A stretch of DNA of 64,000 bases. Source: a bacterium. GTDB lineage: Bacteria > UBA8248. Below are positions 1 to 9,130 of the stretch, in pieces; the first letter of the stretch is position 1; every line of letters begins with the position of its first letter. Where the stretch lies: assembly GCA_965261085.1 (NCBI GenBank), contig OZ253442.1, positions 2,816,001 to 2,880,000 of the forward strand, given 5' to 3'. The translations under genes and the position numbers were made by a program. The notes under the pieces are model-generated. The model ran no database searches and was not told the DNA's origin. It saw nothing but the letters and a program-made list of their open reading frames with translations.

Positions 1-206
1 AGAACCGCGCTTATAAAGGCTTGGAACAACCATGGAAGCTCACTGGCTAAAGTAATAACTCCCGTTGTTGACGCGGCAAGCAAGGCAAACCTGATTCTGG
101 TTTGTTTTTTCTCGAAAGAACGCGATTTCTCATTGCAGTAACGCATCTCACGATCAATATCCAAAAGCGCGTACCAAATATCGTTTCTTGTATGTTCCGA
201 AGTCAT
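1..206 (-). CDS. Hypothetical membrane protein, N-terminal part (runs off the window edge); possibly SLATT-like
   Basis: Not in the ORF track. ATG at 206 follows RBS GAAGGAGG. Translates MTSEHTRNDIWYALLDIDREMRYCNEKSRSFEKKQTRIRFALLAASTTGVITLASELPWLFQAFISAV, with hydrophobic segments and no stop before the edge. Confidence 0.6.
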   Translation of the reverse strand, partial: MTSEHTRNDIWYALLDIDREMRYCNEKSRSFEKKQTRIRFALLAASTTGVITLASELPWLFQAFISAV

Positions 207-445
207 TGTATGCCTCCTTCAGTTAAATGAGAAATACTCTGAAGGTAACAATAAACATAAATCTAGCCGAAAAAACTTTCAGGACACTTGCAAACGTCCT
301 CATCTCATAAATATACGTTCACGAACAATCCATTGCAAATACTTCTGCCGGACAGTTAAAGACAAAGCATGAAATCAGCGACTAACAATTGAATGAAAGA
401 AACGCTTTTCGAATCCATGTCCAACCTATTACCTGTTTCAACGCC

Positions 446-1036
446 CTAGCCCGAGACCTGCGCCACCTCGTCCCATTCCTTCCAGCCGATGATGTCATCA
501 GGCGGCTCCACCGGGTTGTGGAGACCATCCTGCAAACGATTCCAGGCGTTGAACAGGCAGGTGAACAGGGTGAGTTCCACGATATCCTTTTCGGTAAAAA
601 ACTCTTTGAGCGGTGCGAAACAGGCGTCATCGGCGGCGGCCGTGTTTCTCGTCAGGGCGGTCGCCCAGCGGATTACCGCCTTTTCCCGCTCATCGAAAAG
701 CTCACTGTCTTCCCATCCATCGACTATCAGCGCGACATGTTCATCATTCAAACCGGCAGCTTGACCAAGCTTAACGTTGTGGTTCGTTCATATCTCGCAA
801 TCGTTGATAAGCGAAGGCGTAAGAATCGCCAATTGCATCAGGCGCATTCTGGCCGGCTCGGCCCGCCACTGGCTTCTGAGAGCCACCGTGAGGCTCATGA
901 TGTGGCGCAAGGCTTCCGGAGAATGGGCCAAAGCGCGGTAGAAGCTTGGCACCGTGCCCCATCTTTCCCTCGATTCTTCGAACAACGGCTCATGATCGCC
1001 CTTGGCGTCATCGGGCATCGGCGTGATTCTCGGCAT
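446..1036 (-). CDS. AhpD/carboxymuconolactone decarboxylase-family selenoprotein (Sec UGA at 788-790)
   Basis: ORFs 788..1066 and 446..751 are in frame and separated by a single TGA: ...SLINDCEI-TGA-TNHNVKLGQAAGLNDEH..., the AhpD CxxC-xxH motif with U at the second Cys. The C-terminal half is CMD-like (EREKAVIRWATALT, IVELTLFTCLFNAWNRL). RBS GGAGGAG precedes ATG 1036. Confidence 0.85.
750..787 (-). promoter_or_regulatory. Putative bacterial SECIS element
   Basis: AGCUU-GGUC-AAGCU hairpin (758-771). The apical loop starts with G about 21 nt after the UGA, fitting the bacterial SECIS spacing and loop rule. Confidence 0.6.
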
Positions 1037-1197
1037 CTCGGGCTCCTCCTCCTTCGGAATTCGCAATGAAGCTCTTGTAAGTGTTTTTATTATTTTTAGC
1101 AGATTTTCGGTGTTACGACCAAGGGTAGAGTAAAGCAGTGGAATCTTCCTGGCAGAGGCGGGAGCCGCCCACCAACAAAATACGAAGTACGAAAATT

Positions 1198-1371
1198 ACT
1201 CCCCCCTTGAGGGGGAGTTGCAGAAGCCGAGCGCCTTTGGCGAAGGCTGATGCGGTGGGGGGTATATAGTTCTAAAATAAAAGCTCCCCCCACCGGCTCG
1301 ACTTCGGGCTTTGCCCTTGTCTTGCGACATTCCCTCCCTCCCCGCTCGGAAATGACCCTCAAGGGGGGAGT
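1198..1371. repeat. MITE/REP-like palindromic element with 16-bp terminal inverted repeats
   Basis: ACTCCCCCCTTGAGGG (1198-1213) pairs with CCCTCAAGGGGGGAGT (1356-1371). Internal inverted repeat CGGTGGGGGG/CCCCCCACCG. Non-coding. Confidence 0.75.
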
Positions 1372-1473
1372 GTTTCTATCTAGTACCTAACTCGAAACCC
1401 CGTCTCACCTTTGCGATGCGCACCACCCCCTGCTATAAGTCGCCTTGCCGCATGGCCATATAAGGAAACCCCG

Positions 1474-2181
1474 ATGGAACACGAAAATATTCTCATCATC
1501 GCAGCCCACCCCGACGACATCGAGTTCCGCTCGGCGGGATCGGTCGCCAAATGGGTGAGCGAGGGCCGGCGCGTGGAGTATTGCCTCGCAACGAGCGGGG
1601 ACAAGGGCGTGAACGGCCCCGAATCGCGCACCATGACCATTGAGCAAAAAAGAGCGATTCGCGAAGCCGAGCAACAAGCGGCGGCGGCCGTCGTGGGCGT
1701 GGAGAGGGTTCATTTCCTGCGCCACACGGACGGGGAACTCAGAAACACCACCGAACTCAGGCGCAACCTCGTGCGCGTAATGAGAGAGTGCAAGCCCGAC
1801 CTCGTGATCGCCGACGATCCGGCGCGGGATGATTTCGACAGTTTCTACGGCTACCACCGGGATCATCGCGCCATCGCGAAAGCGGCTTTCGACGCGCTCT
1901 ATCCCGCCGTGGGGAATGCGAATTTCTTTCCCGAACTTCTCGCCGAAGGCCTGGAGCCGCACAAGCCCAAGGAAGCGTATTTCAAAACGATTCCCTGCGC
2001 CGACACCTGGGTGGACATCGCCGATACGTTCGACCTCAAAATTAAAGCGCTTAAGTGCCACAAGAGCCAAGTCGATGATTTTGAAGAGCTGAGTACCCAT
2101 CTTCGCAACTGGGCGAAGCGCTCGGGCGAAGAGGGCGGCCTCGAGTGCGCCGAATCCTATCGGCGCATGGAAGTGCCGTAG
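1474..2181 (+). CDS. PIG-L/LmbE family deacetylase
   Basis: AAHPDD, TSGDKG, R-x-x-E, HRDHR and ALKCHKSQ motifs; RBS AAGGA. Confidence 0.9.
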   Translation: MEHENILIIAAHPDDIEFRSAGSVAKWVSEGRRVEYCLATSGDKGVNGPESRTMTIEQKRAIREAEQQAAAAVVGVERVHFLRHTDGELRNTTELRRNLVRVMRECKPDLVIADDPARDDFDSFYGYHRDHRAIAKAAFDALYPAVGNANFFPELLAEGLEPHKPKEAYFKTIPCADTWVDIADTFDLKIKALKCHKSQVDDFEELSTHLRNWAKRSGEEGGLECAESYRRMEVP

Positions 2182-2405
2182 TAATTCACACGCCAGCAGG
2201 CAATTCCTCTCTACCCGGTCGGAAGAATTCCTCCTTCCTCAGTCGGAATTCACCACACGCGAAAATCAAGCTTGCTCCTCGGGAACGATTCGCATAACCT
2301 GCCCATACTGATTTCATACAGGGGACCCACATCCAGACGCTCGAATGGGCTGAAGTCCAGGGAGACGAACCCCCGCTATCGCCCACAGCCTGAAGGAATT
2401 GGGAT

Positions 2406-2951
2406 TTGGGAACCAGGGAAAAGAATGACACCGCTCCATTGGCGCCGGTGGAACGCATTGCACAGACCATCCTTTTCATCCGCGATCAAAAAGTCATGCT
2501 GGATGCCGATCTGGCCGCTCTATATGGCGTCGATACCAAGGTCTTCGTGCAGGCCGTCAGGAGGAACGTGGACCGTTTCCCGGCGGATTTCATGTTTCAA
2601 CTCACGAAGCAGGAATTCGACAACTTGAGGTCACAATTTGTGACCTCAAGTTGGGGCGGCAGACGCTATCCGCCTTATGCGTTCACCGAGCAGGGCGTCG
2701 CCATGCTTTCCAGCGTGCTGCGCAGCAAGCGGGCGATCCGGGTCAACGTCGAAATTATGCGCGCTTTCGTTCAGTTGCGGCGGATGCTGGCGAGCCATGC
2801 GGACCTCGCTCGCAAGCTCTCCGCCCTGGAGAAGAAATACGACGAGCAGTTCAAGGTCGTGTTCGACGCTATCCGGGAACTCATGGTGCCACCGGAACCG
2901 AAGAAAAAGGGAGAAATCGGATTTTCACCGTCGAGAGACAAGCGTAAATGA
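2406..2951 (+). CDS. ORF6N domain-containing protein (KilA-N-like DNA-binding)
   Basis: [53 protein letters not shown]. Confidence 0.9.
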   Translation: MGTREKNDTAPLAPVERIAQTILFIRDQKVMLDADLAALYGVDTKVFVQAVRRNVDRFPADFMFQLTKQEFDNLRSQFVTSSWGGRRYPPYAFTEQGVAMLSSVLRSKRAIRVNVEIMRAFVQLRRMLASHADLARKLSALEKKYDEQFKVVFDAIRELMVPPEPKKKGEIGFSPSRDKRK

Positions 2952-3093
2952 ATCGACTCATCAAGAAATCACGCGAAAAGCAGAGGCTCGCGCTTTGCCG
3001 GAATGACGATCAAAGGAGAAGAGAAATCCCGACCAATGCGGGAGGGATTGATACTCTATTTTCTCACCTCGCAAAAGTTTTTCTCACTCCTCG

Positions 3094-3207
3094 GAGCGGG
3101 GCGACCGAGCCGGTCTGTACAGTATCCGGATCAACGCGCAGTGGCGCATCTGTTTCCGTTGGGATAACGATGGGCCGTGTGATGTAGAGATCGTGGATTA
3201 TCACTGA
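3094..3207 (+). pseudogene. higB: HigB (RelE-like) toxin, C-terminal remnant
   Basis: Frame reads [35 protein letters not shown], a classic HigB C-terminus. In-frame TGA at 3049 and no start codon, so the N-terminal half is lost. Confidence 0.8.
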
Positions 3208-3219
3208 AGGAGTGCGGAG

Positions 3220-3525
3220 GTGAACGTCAAGAATGCAATGAGGCCTGTGCATCCGGGCGAGATATTGCGCGAGGAACTCGACGCGCTGGGGCTATCGGCC
3301 AACGCGTCGGCGAAGGAGTTGGGCGTGCCGGTGAACCGGATCACGATGATCCTGAACGGCCAGAGGGGTGTGAGCGCGGACACGGCGCTGCGGCTGGCGC
3401 GTTATTTCGGGACAACGCCTGAACTCTGGATGAACCTGCAGAAGACCTGGGAGCTTCGCCGGGCCGAGATATCTCAGGGCCCCCGGATCGCCGAGCGGGT
3501 GAGGCCCCGGCAATCGGCAGCGTAG
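3220..3525 (+). CDS. higA: HigA family antitoxin (addiction module antidote)
   Basis: PVHPGEILREEL, HTH, SADTALRLARYFGTTPELWMNLQ. Confidence 0.93.
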   Translation: MNVKNAMRPVHPGEILREELDALGLSANASAKELGVPVNRITMILNGQRGVSADTALRLARYFGTTPELWMNLQKTWELRRAEISQGPRIAERVRPRQSAA

Positions 3526-3586
3526 AATCCGGCGGCGGACACGACGCTCCACCCCCACAAAAGCCTCAGTGAATCGAAATGATCGC

Positions 3587-3618
3587 GTAGGGGACAGACC
3601 TATAATGTCTGACCCTAC
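3587..3618. repeat. GTAG-type REP-like palindrome
   Basis: GTAGGGGACAGAC...GTCTGACCCTAC. Confidence 0.55.
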
Positions 3619-3640
3619 ACGAAGACGCCAAAAAATGAAC

Positions 3641-3686
3641 ATCACTCCCGCATTGGTCGGAATCGACCCTCAAGGGGGGAGTAATT
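3641..3686. repeat. Partial copy (one end) of the 1198-1371 element
   Basis: 3667-3686 is a perfect 20-bp reverse complement of 1194-1213, and 3645-3660 is the reverse complement of 3029-3044. Confidence 0.7.
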
Positions 3687-3845
3687 CTGGAAACCGCCCT
3701 TTTTTCGGGATCCGTTGCGGAATCATGAACAAGGAGGCGGAATAACACCGATACATACGCCCTCGCCTTGCACAAAATACGCAAATGCTTACACTAGGGC
3801 TTCCAACGCACTTTACCGATCTTTTCGTTATATCGAGGACCGCAC

Positions 3846-5720
3846 ATGCTCGGATATCAAGGAAAAATACTGCACATCGACCTAAGCAACCGCACGTCCC
3901 GCATCGAGGAATTCGGCGAGGACATGGGCCGCAAATTCCTGGGCGGAAACGGCTTCGGGGCCAAGATTCTCTGGGATCACTTAAAAGCAGGCACCGACGC
4001 GCTATCGCCGGAAAACATCATCGTCTTCGCCGTGGGGCCGTATACGGATTCCGCCGTACCCAGCGCGAGCCGGGCGTGCGCCGCCTCCATCAGCCCGCTT
4101 ACGGGGCTTTTCTTTGACAGCACCTTCGGGGGCGCGTGGCCCATCACCTTGAAACGCACCGGCCACGACGCCGTCGTTCTGCACGGCAAGGCCGATTCCC
4201 TCGTTTATCTCATGCTTACGGAAAGCGGCGTGGCGTTCAAGGACGCAAGCCACCTCAAGGGAAAATGGATTCGCGAGACTTGTGATTCGATTACCGATAG
4301 CGAAGGCGGCACCGACGTCCTGGCCATCGGCCCCGCGGGCGAGAACCAGGTGCGTTTTGCGGCCATGGCCCATACGTGGCGAAAAAGCCGCGACGGCATC
4401 AGCGGACGCGGCGGCATGGCGGCCGTTCTGGGGAGCAAGAACGTCAAGGCCATCGCCGTGCGCGGAAAGGCGAAAACAGCCTTCGCAGACGCCAAGGCGC
4501 TAAGAACATACGTGAACGAAACGGCCGAGGACGTGCGCACGGGCACGGCGGCGCTCCACAAGTACGGCACGCCGATCCTCGTCAACATGATCAACAAGAT
4601 GGGAGCGCTCGGCACACACAACCTCAAGAGCGAGATATTTGAGAACTGCGAACCCATCAGCGGCGAGTACATGCACGATAATTTCCTGGACAAGCACACC
4701 ACCTGCCTCAAATGCGCCGTGGCGTGCGGCAAGAATTTCAAGATGAAAGGCGGTGATTTCGACGGTCTCGTCTGGAAACTGCCCGAATACGAAACCATCT
4801 TCGCGCTCGGAACCATGCTGGGCATCGGCGATCCGGGCGTCATGCTCCAGGCCAACATGCTTTGCGACGAACTGGGACTCGACACCATATCCGCAGGCGT
4901 CACGCTCTCGCTCGCCGTCGAGTGCATGGAAAAAGGATTGTTGAGCGAAGCGGAAGTGGGCGAACCGCTCAACTGGGGCGATTCCGCCACGATGCTCAGA
5001 CTTTTAGAAGAAATGTCCCGCCGCCAGGGGTTTGGCGACAGGCTGGCGGAAGGCGGCAAGCGCCTGGCCGCTGAAATAGGCGGCGAGGCTCCCAATCTCC
5101 TGTACGCCTCCCGGGGGCTCGAGCTTCCGGCGCACAGCGCGCGCGCGCTCAAGGGCATGTCCATCGGCTACGCCACGGGCACAAGAGGCGGCAGCCACCA
5201 CGACACCCGCCCCACCCTGCAATACGCCTCGGACCACGACAACACCTCGACCGAGGGGAAACCCGAGTTCGCCGTGCGCACGCAGAACTTCACCGCGTTG
5301 GGCGATTCCATCACCCAGTGCCGCTTCACGGCGGAGCGCGGCTATGGCGCGATGATCAACGAGAAATACGCAGAGATGCTCAACCTCGTGACCGGGTGGG
5401 ATACGACGGCGGATGAGTTGGAAGAAACCGGCGAGCGCATTTGCAACCTGGAGCGCGCCCTCCACGTGCGCGAAGGAGTGAGCCGCGCAGACGACATGCT
5501 CCCCTACAAGGTGATGCACGAGCCGATTCCCGACGGCCCTCACAAGGGGATGCACTGCCCGCCTGATGAGCTCGAAGGCATGAAAAACGAGTTTTACGGC
5601 ATCAGGGGCTGGGATGAGAACGGTTTTCCCACACCAGCGACGCTTCAAAGGCTCAAGCTCGACGACGTGGCTGAAGCACTCGCCACCACGGGCAACGGCG
5701 GGAGCAACGGCGCGGGTTGA
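3846..5720 (+). CDS. Aldehyde ferredoxin oxidoreductase family (tungstopterin) enzyme
   Basis: SPLTG, AIGPAGEN, GRGGMAAVLGSKNVKAIAV, CxxCxxxC (CLKCAVAC), PEYET, DELGLDT and RGGSH motifs. Confidence 0.92.
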   Translation: MLGYQGKILHIDLSNRTSRIEEFGEDMGRKFLGGNGFGAKILWDHLKAGTDALSPENIIVFAVGPYTDSAVPSASRACAASISPLTGLFFDSTFGGAWPITLKRTGHDAVVLHGKADSLVYLMLTESGVAFKDASHLKGKWIRETCDSITDSEGGTDVLAIGPAGENQVRFAAMAHTWRKSRDGISGRGGMAAVLGSKNVKAIAVRGKAKTAFADAKALRTYVNETAEDVRTGTAALHKYGTPILVNMINKMGALGTHNLKSEIFENCEPISGEYMHDNFLDKHTTCLKCAVACGKNFKMKGGDFDGLVWKLPEYETIFALGTMLGIGDPGVMLQANMLCDELGLDTISAGVTLSLAVECMEKGLLSEAEVGEPLNWGDSATMLRLLEEMSRRQGFGDRLAEGGKRLAAEIGGEAPNLLYASRGLELPAHSARALKGMSIGYATGTRGGSHHDTRPTLQYASDHDNTSTEGKPEFAVRTQNFTALGDSITQCRFTAERGYGAMINEKYAEMLNLVTGWDTTADELEETGERICNLERALHVREGVSRADDMLPYKVMHEPIPDGPHKGMHCPPDELEGMKNEFYGIRGWDENGFPTPATLQRLKLDDVAEALATTGNGGSNGAG

Positions 5721-5867
5721 GAGCGGAGATTATCGAAGCGCGTCAACCGGGGTAATCGTCCGGCAGGCCCGAAGGGACCTGAGTGGTTGCACGGACACCA
5801 TTGAGCAGGACACGAGCCCGACTCAATCTTCGAATGTGACTCCAGGACCAAGTCAATGAATGGATTT

Positions 5868-5895
5868 GTAGGGGCATTTCGAGAACGGCCCCTAC
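5868..5895. repeat. GTAG-type REP-like palindrome
   Basis: GTAGGGGC...GCCCCTAC. Confidence 0.55.
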
Positions 5896-6020
5896 CATAC
5901 GAACCACTCGCCAGGCTCCTGGCGCGTCATCAAAACAAACGCGCGAAAACACCCTCACCCTCTTTCCAGAGCAAATCTCTCGCTTTCAGCCGGTGGTTTT
6001 CCTGCCGTCAATCGAGATGG

Positions 6021-6363
6021 AGCGGCATTTGCCCGCATTTGCCGTTAAAACGTTTTCGGTGGGATGCGCGAGAATCCCCGCTCGGATTAGTCGATCCGTC
6101 TCCCAAAAGTCGATTCGAAAAAAATGAACAATACGATAAAATACGATAAATTCACGATGTTTTTCGATAAATTTCTGATCAGTTATCTATATGATTATTA
6201 AGGGGTTGCGGGGTATTTCTCCACCAGACGCCTTGCGATGAGCAGCCGCTGAATGTCGTTGGCGCCCTCGCCCACCTGCAAGAGAATGGAGTCTCGGTAG
6301 TACCTCTCGATCGGCAACTCCTTGATATAGCCGCATCCCCCGTGAATGTGCACGACCGCCCCA
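6021..6363. repeat. Direct repeat copy 1 (att-like) of 35894-36329
   Basis: Shared AGCGGCATTTGCCCGCATTTGCCG...GCGAGAATCCCCG...CGATAAATTTCTGATCAGTTATCTATATGATT, followed by the 3' end of the acyl-CoA dehydrogenase gene. Confidence 0.9.
6198..6363 (-). pseudogene. Duplicated 3' fragment of the acyl-CoA dehydrogenase gene
   Basis: AVVHIHGGCGYIKELPIERYYRDSILLQVGEGANDIQRLLIARRLVEKYPA is nearly identical to the C-terminus of 36169..37323. Confidence 0.9.
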
Positions 6364-6388
6364 GTGGAGGGTGAGGCCGCTGCAGGCG

Positions 6389-7570
6389 TCAGCAGGCCGC
6401 CCATGGTGCCTCGGGTTTCCAATCCGGCGCTTTTCCAAAGGCGGTTGTGACCAGGGAGCGGGGGCGAATTCCGGGGGGCATTCCCTCGGGCTGGTAGTTG
6501 GTGCAGAAGCCAAAAGCCATGTTCCTTTCCCTGTCACAGAACGTAAGAGCCCCGCCGGAGCCGGCGTGACCGAAGGCCTTGATGTTGCTTCCCATCGGTG
6601 TTCTGGGCGGGGTGTTGTGCATGAATCCGAGGCCCATCCGCCAAGCCGAGCCGGTCATAGCGCAGATGCCCTCCCACTGAAGTTTGGAAAGTCGTTCCAC
6701 CGTTTCGGGCTGAAGCAGGCGGACGCCGTCAATTTCTCCATTGTTGGCCAGCATCGCGTACACGCGAGCGATGCCGCGCGCATTTCCGTGGCCGCCCGAG
6801 GAAAGGTTCTCGCCCTCCCGGTTTTCACGGCAATTCAACAGATCGACGCCCGCCGGCTGGCTCCGCCACGCCCTGTTCAGCAGCGTCCCGGGCTTTGCTC
6901 CCATCTCCCAGAATTTGTTTTTTGGATTTGGGTGCATGGGCGCGACCCGCGCGAGTTCCTCTTTGTTGAGCCCGACGTTGTAATCCGCGCCGAGTGGACC
7001 CGTGATCTCCTCCCGGATGAAGTCGCGGAGTCGCTTGCCACTGACCCGGCGGACAATCTCGCCGTGGATGAACCCAAAGTTAATGGAGTTATATGCTCCC
7101 TTTGAGCCCGCGGGCCAGGCGGGTTCCTGCGCTGCGATCGCGGCTACCTGAGCCGGGTAATTGAAAAAATCTCCGGGCTTAGCGGCGTCGCTGAAGATAA
7201 CGCCGCATTGATGACTGATGGTGTGGCGGACAAGAATGTTTTCCTTGCCGTTCTGGGCGAATTCCGGCCAATACCGCGCCACCGGTTCGTCCAGCGAAAC
7301 CTGACCCCGATCCACAAGAATGTGGATAGAGAGCGCGGCCATGCTCTTGGCGATGGAACTCATGAGCGTGATGGTATCTTCCGTCCAGGGCCGGGTGCGG
7401 GACTCGTCCCGGTGGCCTCCCCAGAGGTCCACGACTTTCTCGCCGTCCCTGTACACACAGACTGCGGCTCCGATCTCGCCCCGGCCGGCGAAATTTTCCC
7501 GAAACGTTTCTTCCACCAATGAAAAATCGGTATGGCAACGTCCTTCCACCTTGATATCGACAATACCCAT
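6389..7570 (-). CDS. Serine hydrolase, beta-lactamase-like (family VIII esterase type)
   Basis: GEIGAAVCVY..DLWGG, SxxK (SIAKS), YWPEFAQNGKE, AYNS, FGHAGSGG. Start codon uncertain. Confidence 0.88.
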   Translation of the reverse strand: MGIVDIKVEGRCHTDFSLVEETFRENFAGRGEIGAAVCVYRDGEKVVDLWGGHRDESRTRPWTEDTITLMSSIAKSMAALSIHILVDRGQVSLDEPVARYWPEFAQNGKENILVRHTISHQCGVIFSDAAKPGDFFNYPAQVAAIAAQEPAWPAGSKGAYNSINFGFIHGEIVRRVSGKRLRDFIREEITGPLGADYNVGLNKEELARVAPMHPNPKNKFWEMGAKPGTLLNRAWRSQPAGVDLLNCRENREGENLSSGGHGNARGIARVYAMLANNGEIDGVRLLQPETVERLSKLQWEGICAMTGSAWRMGLGFMHNTPPRTPMGSNIKAFGHAGSGGALTFCDRERNMAFGFCTNYQPEGMPPGIRPRSLVTTAFGKAPDWKPEAPWAAC

Positions 7571-7890
7571 ATTTTTCCCGCAATCTGATGAAATCGAATT
7601 TCCCACGTGTGCTTGATGTTGGAATTACCCGACATTTCTTATCCGGTTCGCTGGATGAATCCATTGCCGTTTGGAACCAGAGCCGATCGCACATATCTTC
7701 TTTGTGGTCTGATATTGCAGATTAAGACTATAATGAAGTCATCCAAAAAAACAAATGGGGAATGCAGGTATAAGAAAAGGGAGGAGTATGGTGGTTCCCA
7801 TCGATTGAAATGGAAATAGCCGATTTTCCGAGAACGTAAATATTTAACGAGACCCCCCTTAGGCGCCAACCTTCCACTGCCGAAGGACAA

Positions 7891-8766
7891 TTACATATCC
7901 TTCCCTTCGTACACCTCGATGACGCGGCTGGCGTCGTCTTTGCCCCAGCCGGCGGCCTCGGCCCGCTCAAACATCTTGCGCGCCGCGGGAACCACGGCGA
8001 GTTCGACCCCGAGTTCCTCGGCAAGTTTGATCGCGAGGCCCATGTCCTTCACAAATATTTCCACCGCCCCGCGCGGGACGAAATCTCTCTCGAACATTCT
8101 AGGGGCAGTCTGTGAAAGCATGGAACCTTGCACAGAGCCCTTCGAGAGGCAATGCTTCATGATCTCATGTGAGAGCCCCGCGCGCTCGCCCACCACGATC
8201 AACTCGGCAAACAGCGCCGTGCACGAGTTTACGAAAAGATTGGTCACGACTTTCATGGTGGCCCCGGTTCCGCTCGGGCCGGTGTGGGCCGCATCCGCTG
8301 CCAGCGGATCAAGAATCGGCCTTACCCGCTCGAAGACTTCTTTTTTTCCGCCCACCATGAAGGAAATGGTTCGTGTATCGACCCTGTTGTGGGAACCCGA
8401 TATCGGCGCATCTAACATCTCAATGCCCTCGGCGGCGAGCCGCGCAGCCAGATCGGCCTGAAAGGAGGGCTCCATGGTACTCATTTCGACGTGAACGAGG
8501 CCCTTCTTTCCGGCAGCGACAATGCCTTTCGGGCCGAACGCGTTTTCCTCGATGTGCTCGGGTTTCAAGAGAATGCTGAAAGTGATGTCGCTTTGCTCGG
8601 CCACTTCCTTCGCCGAAGCGGCGGGGCGTCCGCCTTCATCCTCTAGCATCTTCATCCGCACGGGGTCGATGTCGTAGCCGACGATCTCGTGGCCGTCCGC
8701 CATCATCTGCCGCGAGAGCGGGAGTCCCATCTTTCCCAGTCCGATCATTCCCAGCTTTTCACTCAT
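7891..8766 (-). CDS. NAD(P)-dependent beta-hydroxyacid dehydrogenase (3-hydroxyisobutyrate/GarR family)
   Basis: IGLGKMG, DAPISG, FMVGG, catalytic K in MKVVTN, KDMGLA. Confidence 0.9.
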   Translation of the reverse strand: MSEKLGMIGLGKMGLPLSRQMMADGHEIVGYDIDPVRMKMLEDEGGRPAASAKEVAEQSDITFSILLKPEHIEENAFGPKGIVAAGKKGLVHVEMSTMEPSFQADLAARLAAEGIEMLDAPISGSHNRVDTRTISFMVGGKKEVFERVRPILDPLAADAAHTGPSGTGATMKVVTNLFVNSCTALFAELIVVGERAGLSHEIMKHCLSKGSVQGSMLSQTAPRMFERDFVPRGAVEIFVKDMGLAIKLAEELGVELAVVPAARKMFERAEAAGWGKDDASRVIEVYEGKDM

Positions 8767-9130
8767 GATTCTCCCCTGTGGTCAAAAAAAAATTAGAGCC
8801 CTCTGATTACCGAAAATTTGCGCGGCAACCGAGGGCGTGTCAGCCAAGAATCGGAGAACGAATTGAATCCACCATCAGCTTGCCTGGAGCCTCAAGCACG
8901 GGTTCAGAGGTGGCGGGTATGCGGGTGATGCGGGCGCCAACGGCCTGGCCGACGTCGTGGCTCGCCCGGCAGATGCAGATCATCACCGTAAATGGTGTCC
9001 CCTACCGCCTTGGCGAGGGCGTCTTCTTTAGGCTGAGAGCGACCGACAATTACCATTTCAGGTATGAATTCGCCACCCATTTATTTAAAGATGGAAACGA
9101 AGGTGATGAAATATCCCCAAACGATGTATC

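Noticed and set aside
389-1069. 226-aa plus-strand ORF
   Set aside because: Antisense shadow of the selenoprotein gene; no recognisable motifs.
2186-2400. Possible gene remnant upstream of ORF6N (…DFIQGTHIQTLEWAEVQGDEPPLSPTA*)
   Set aside because: Too short and no family recognised.
6130-6195. CGATAAA repeats as a possible CRISPR or iteron array
   Set aside because: Repeats are 7 bp and irregularly spaced, with no cas or rep genes; treated as part of the att-like repeat. No CRISPR array was seen anywhere in the window.
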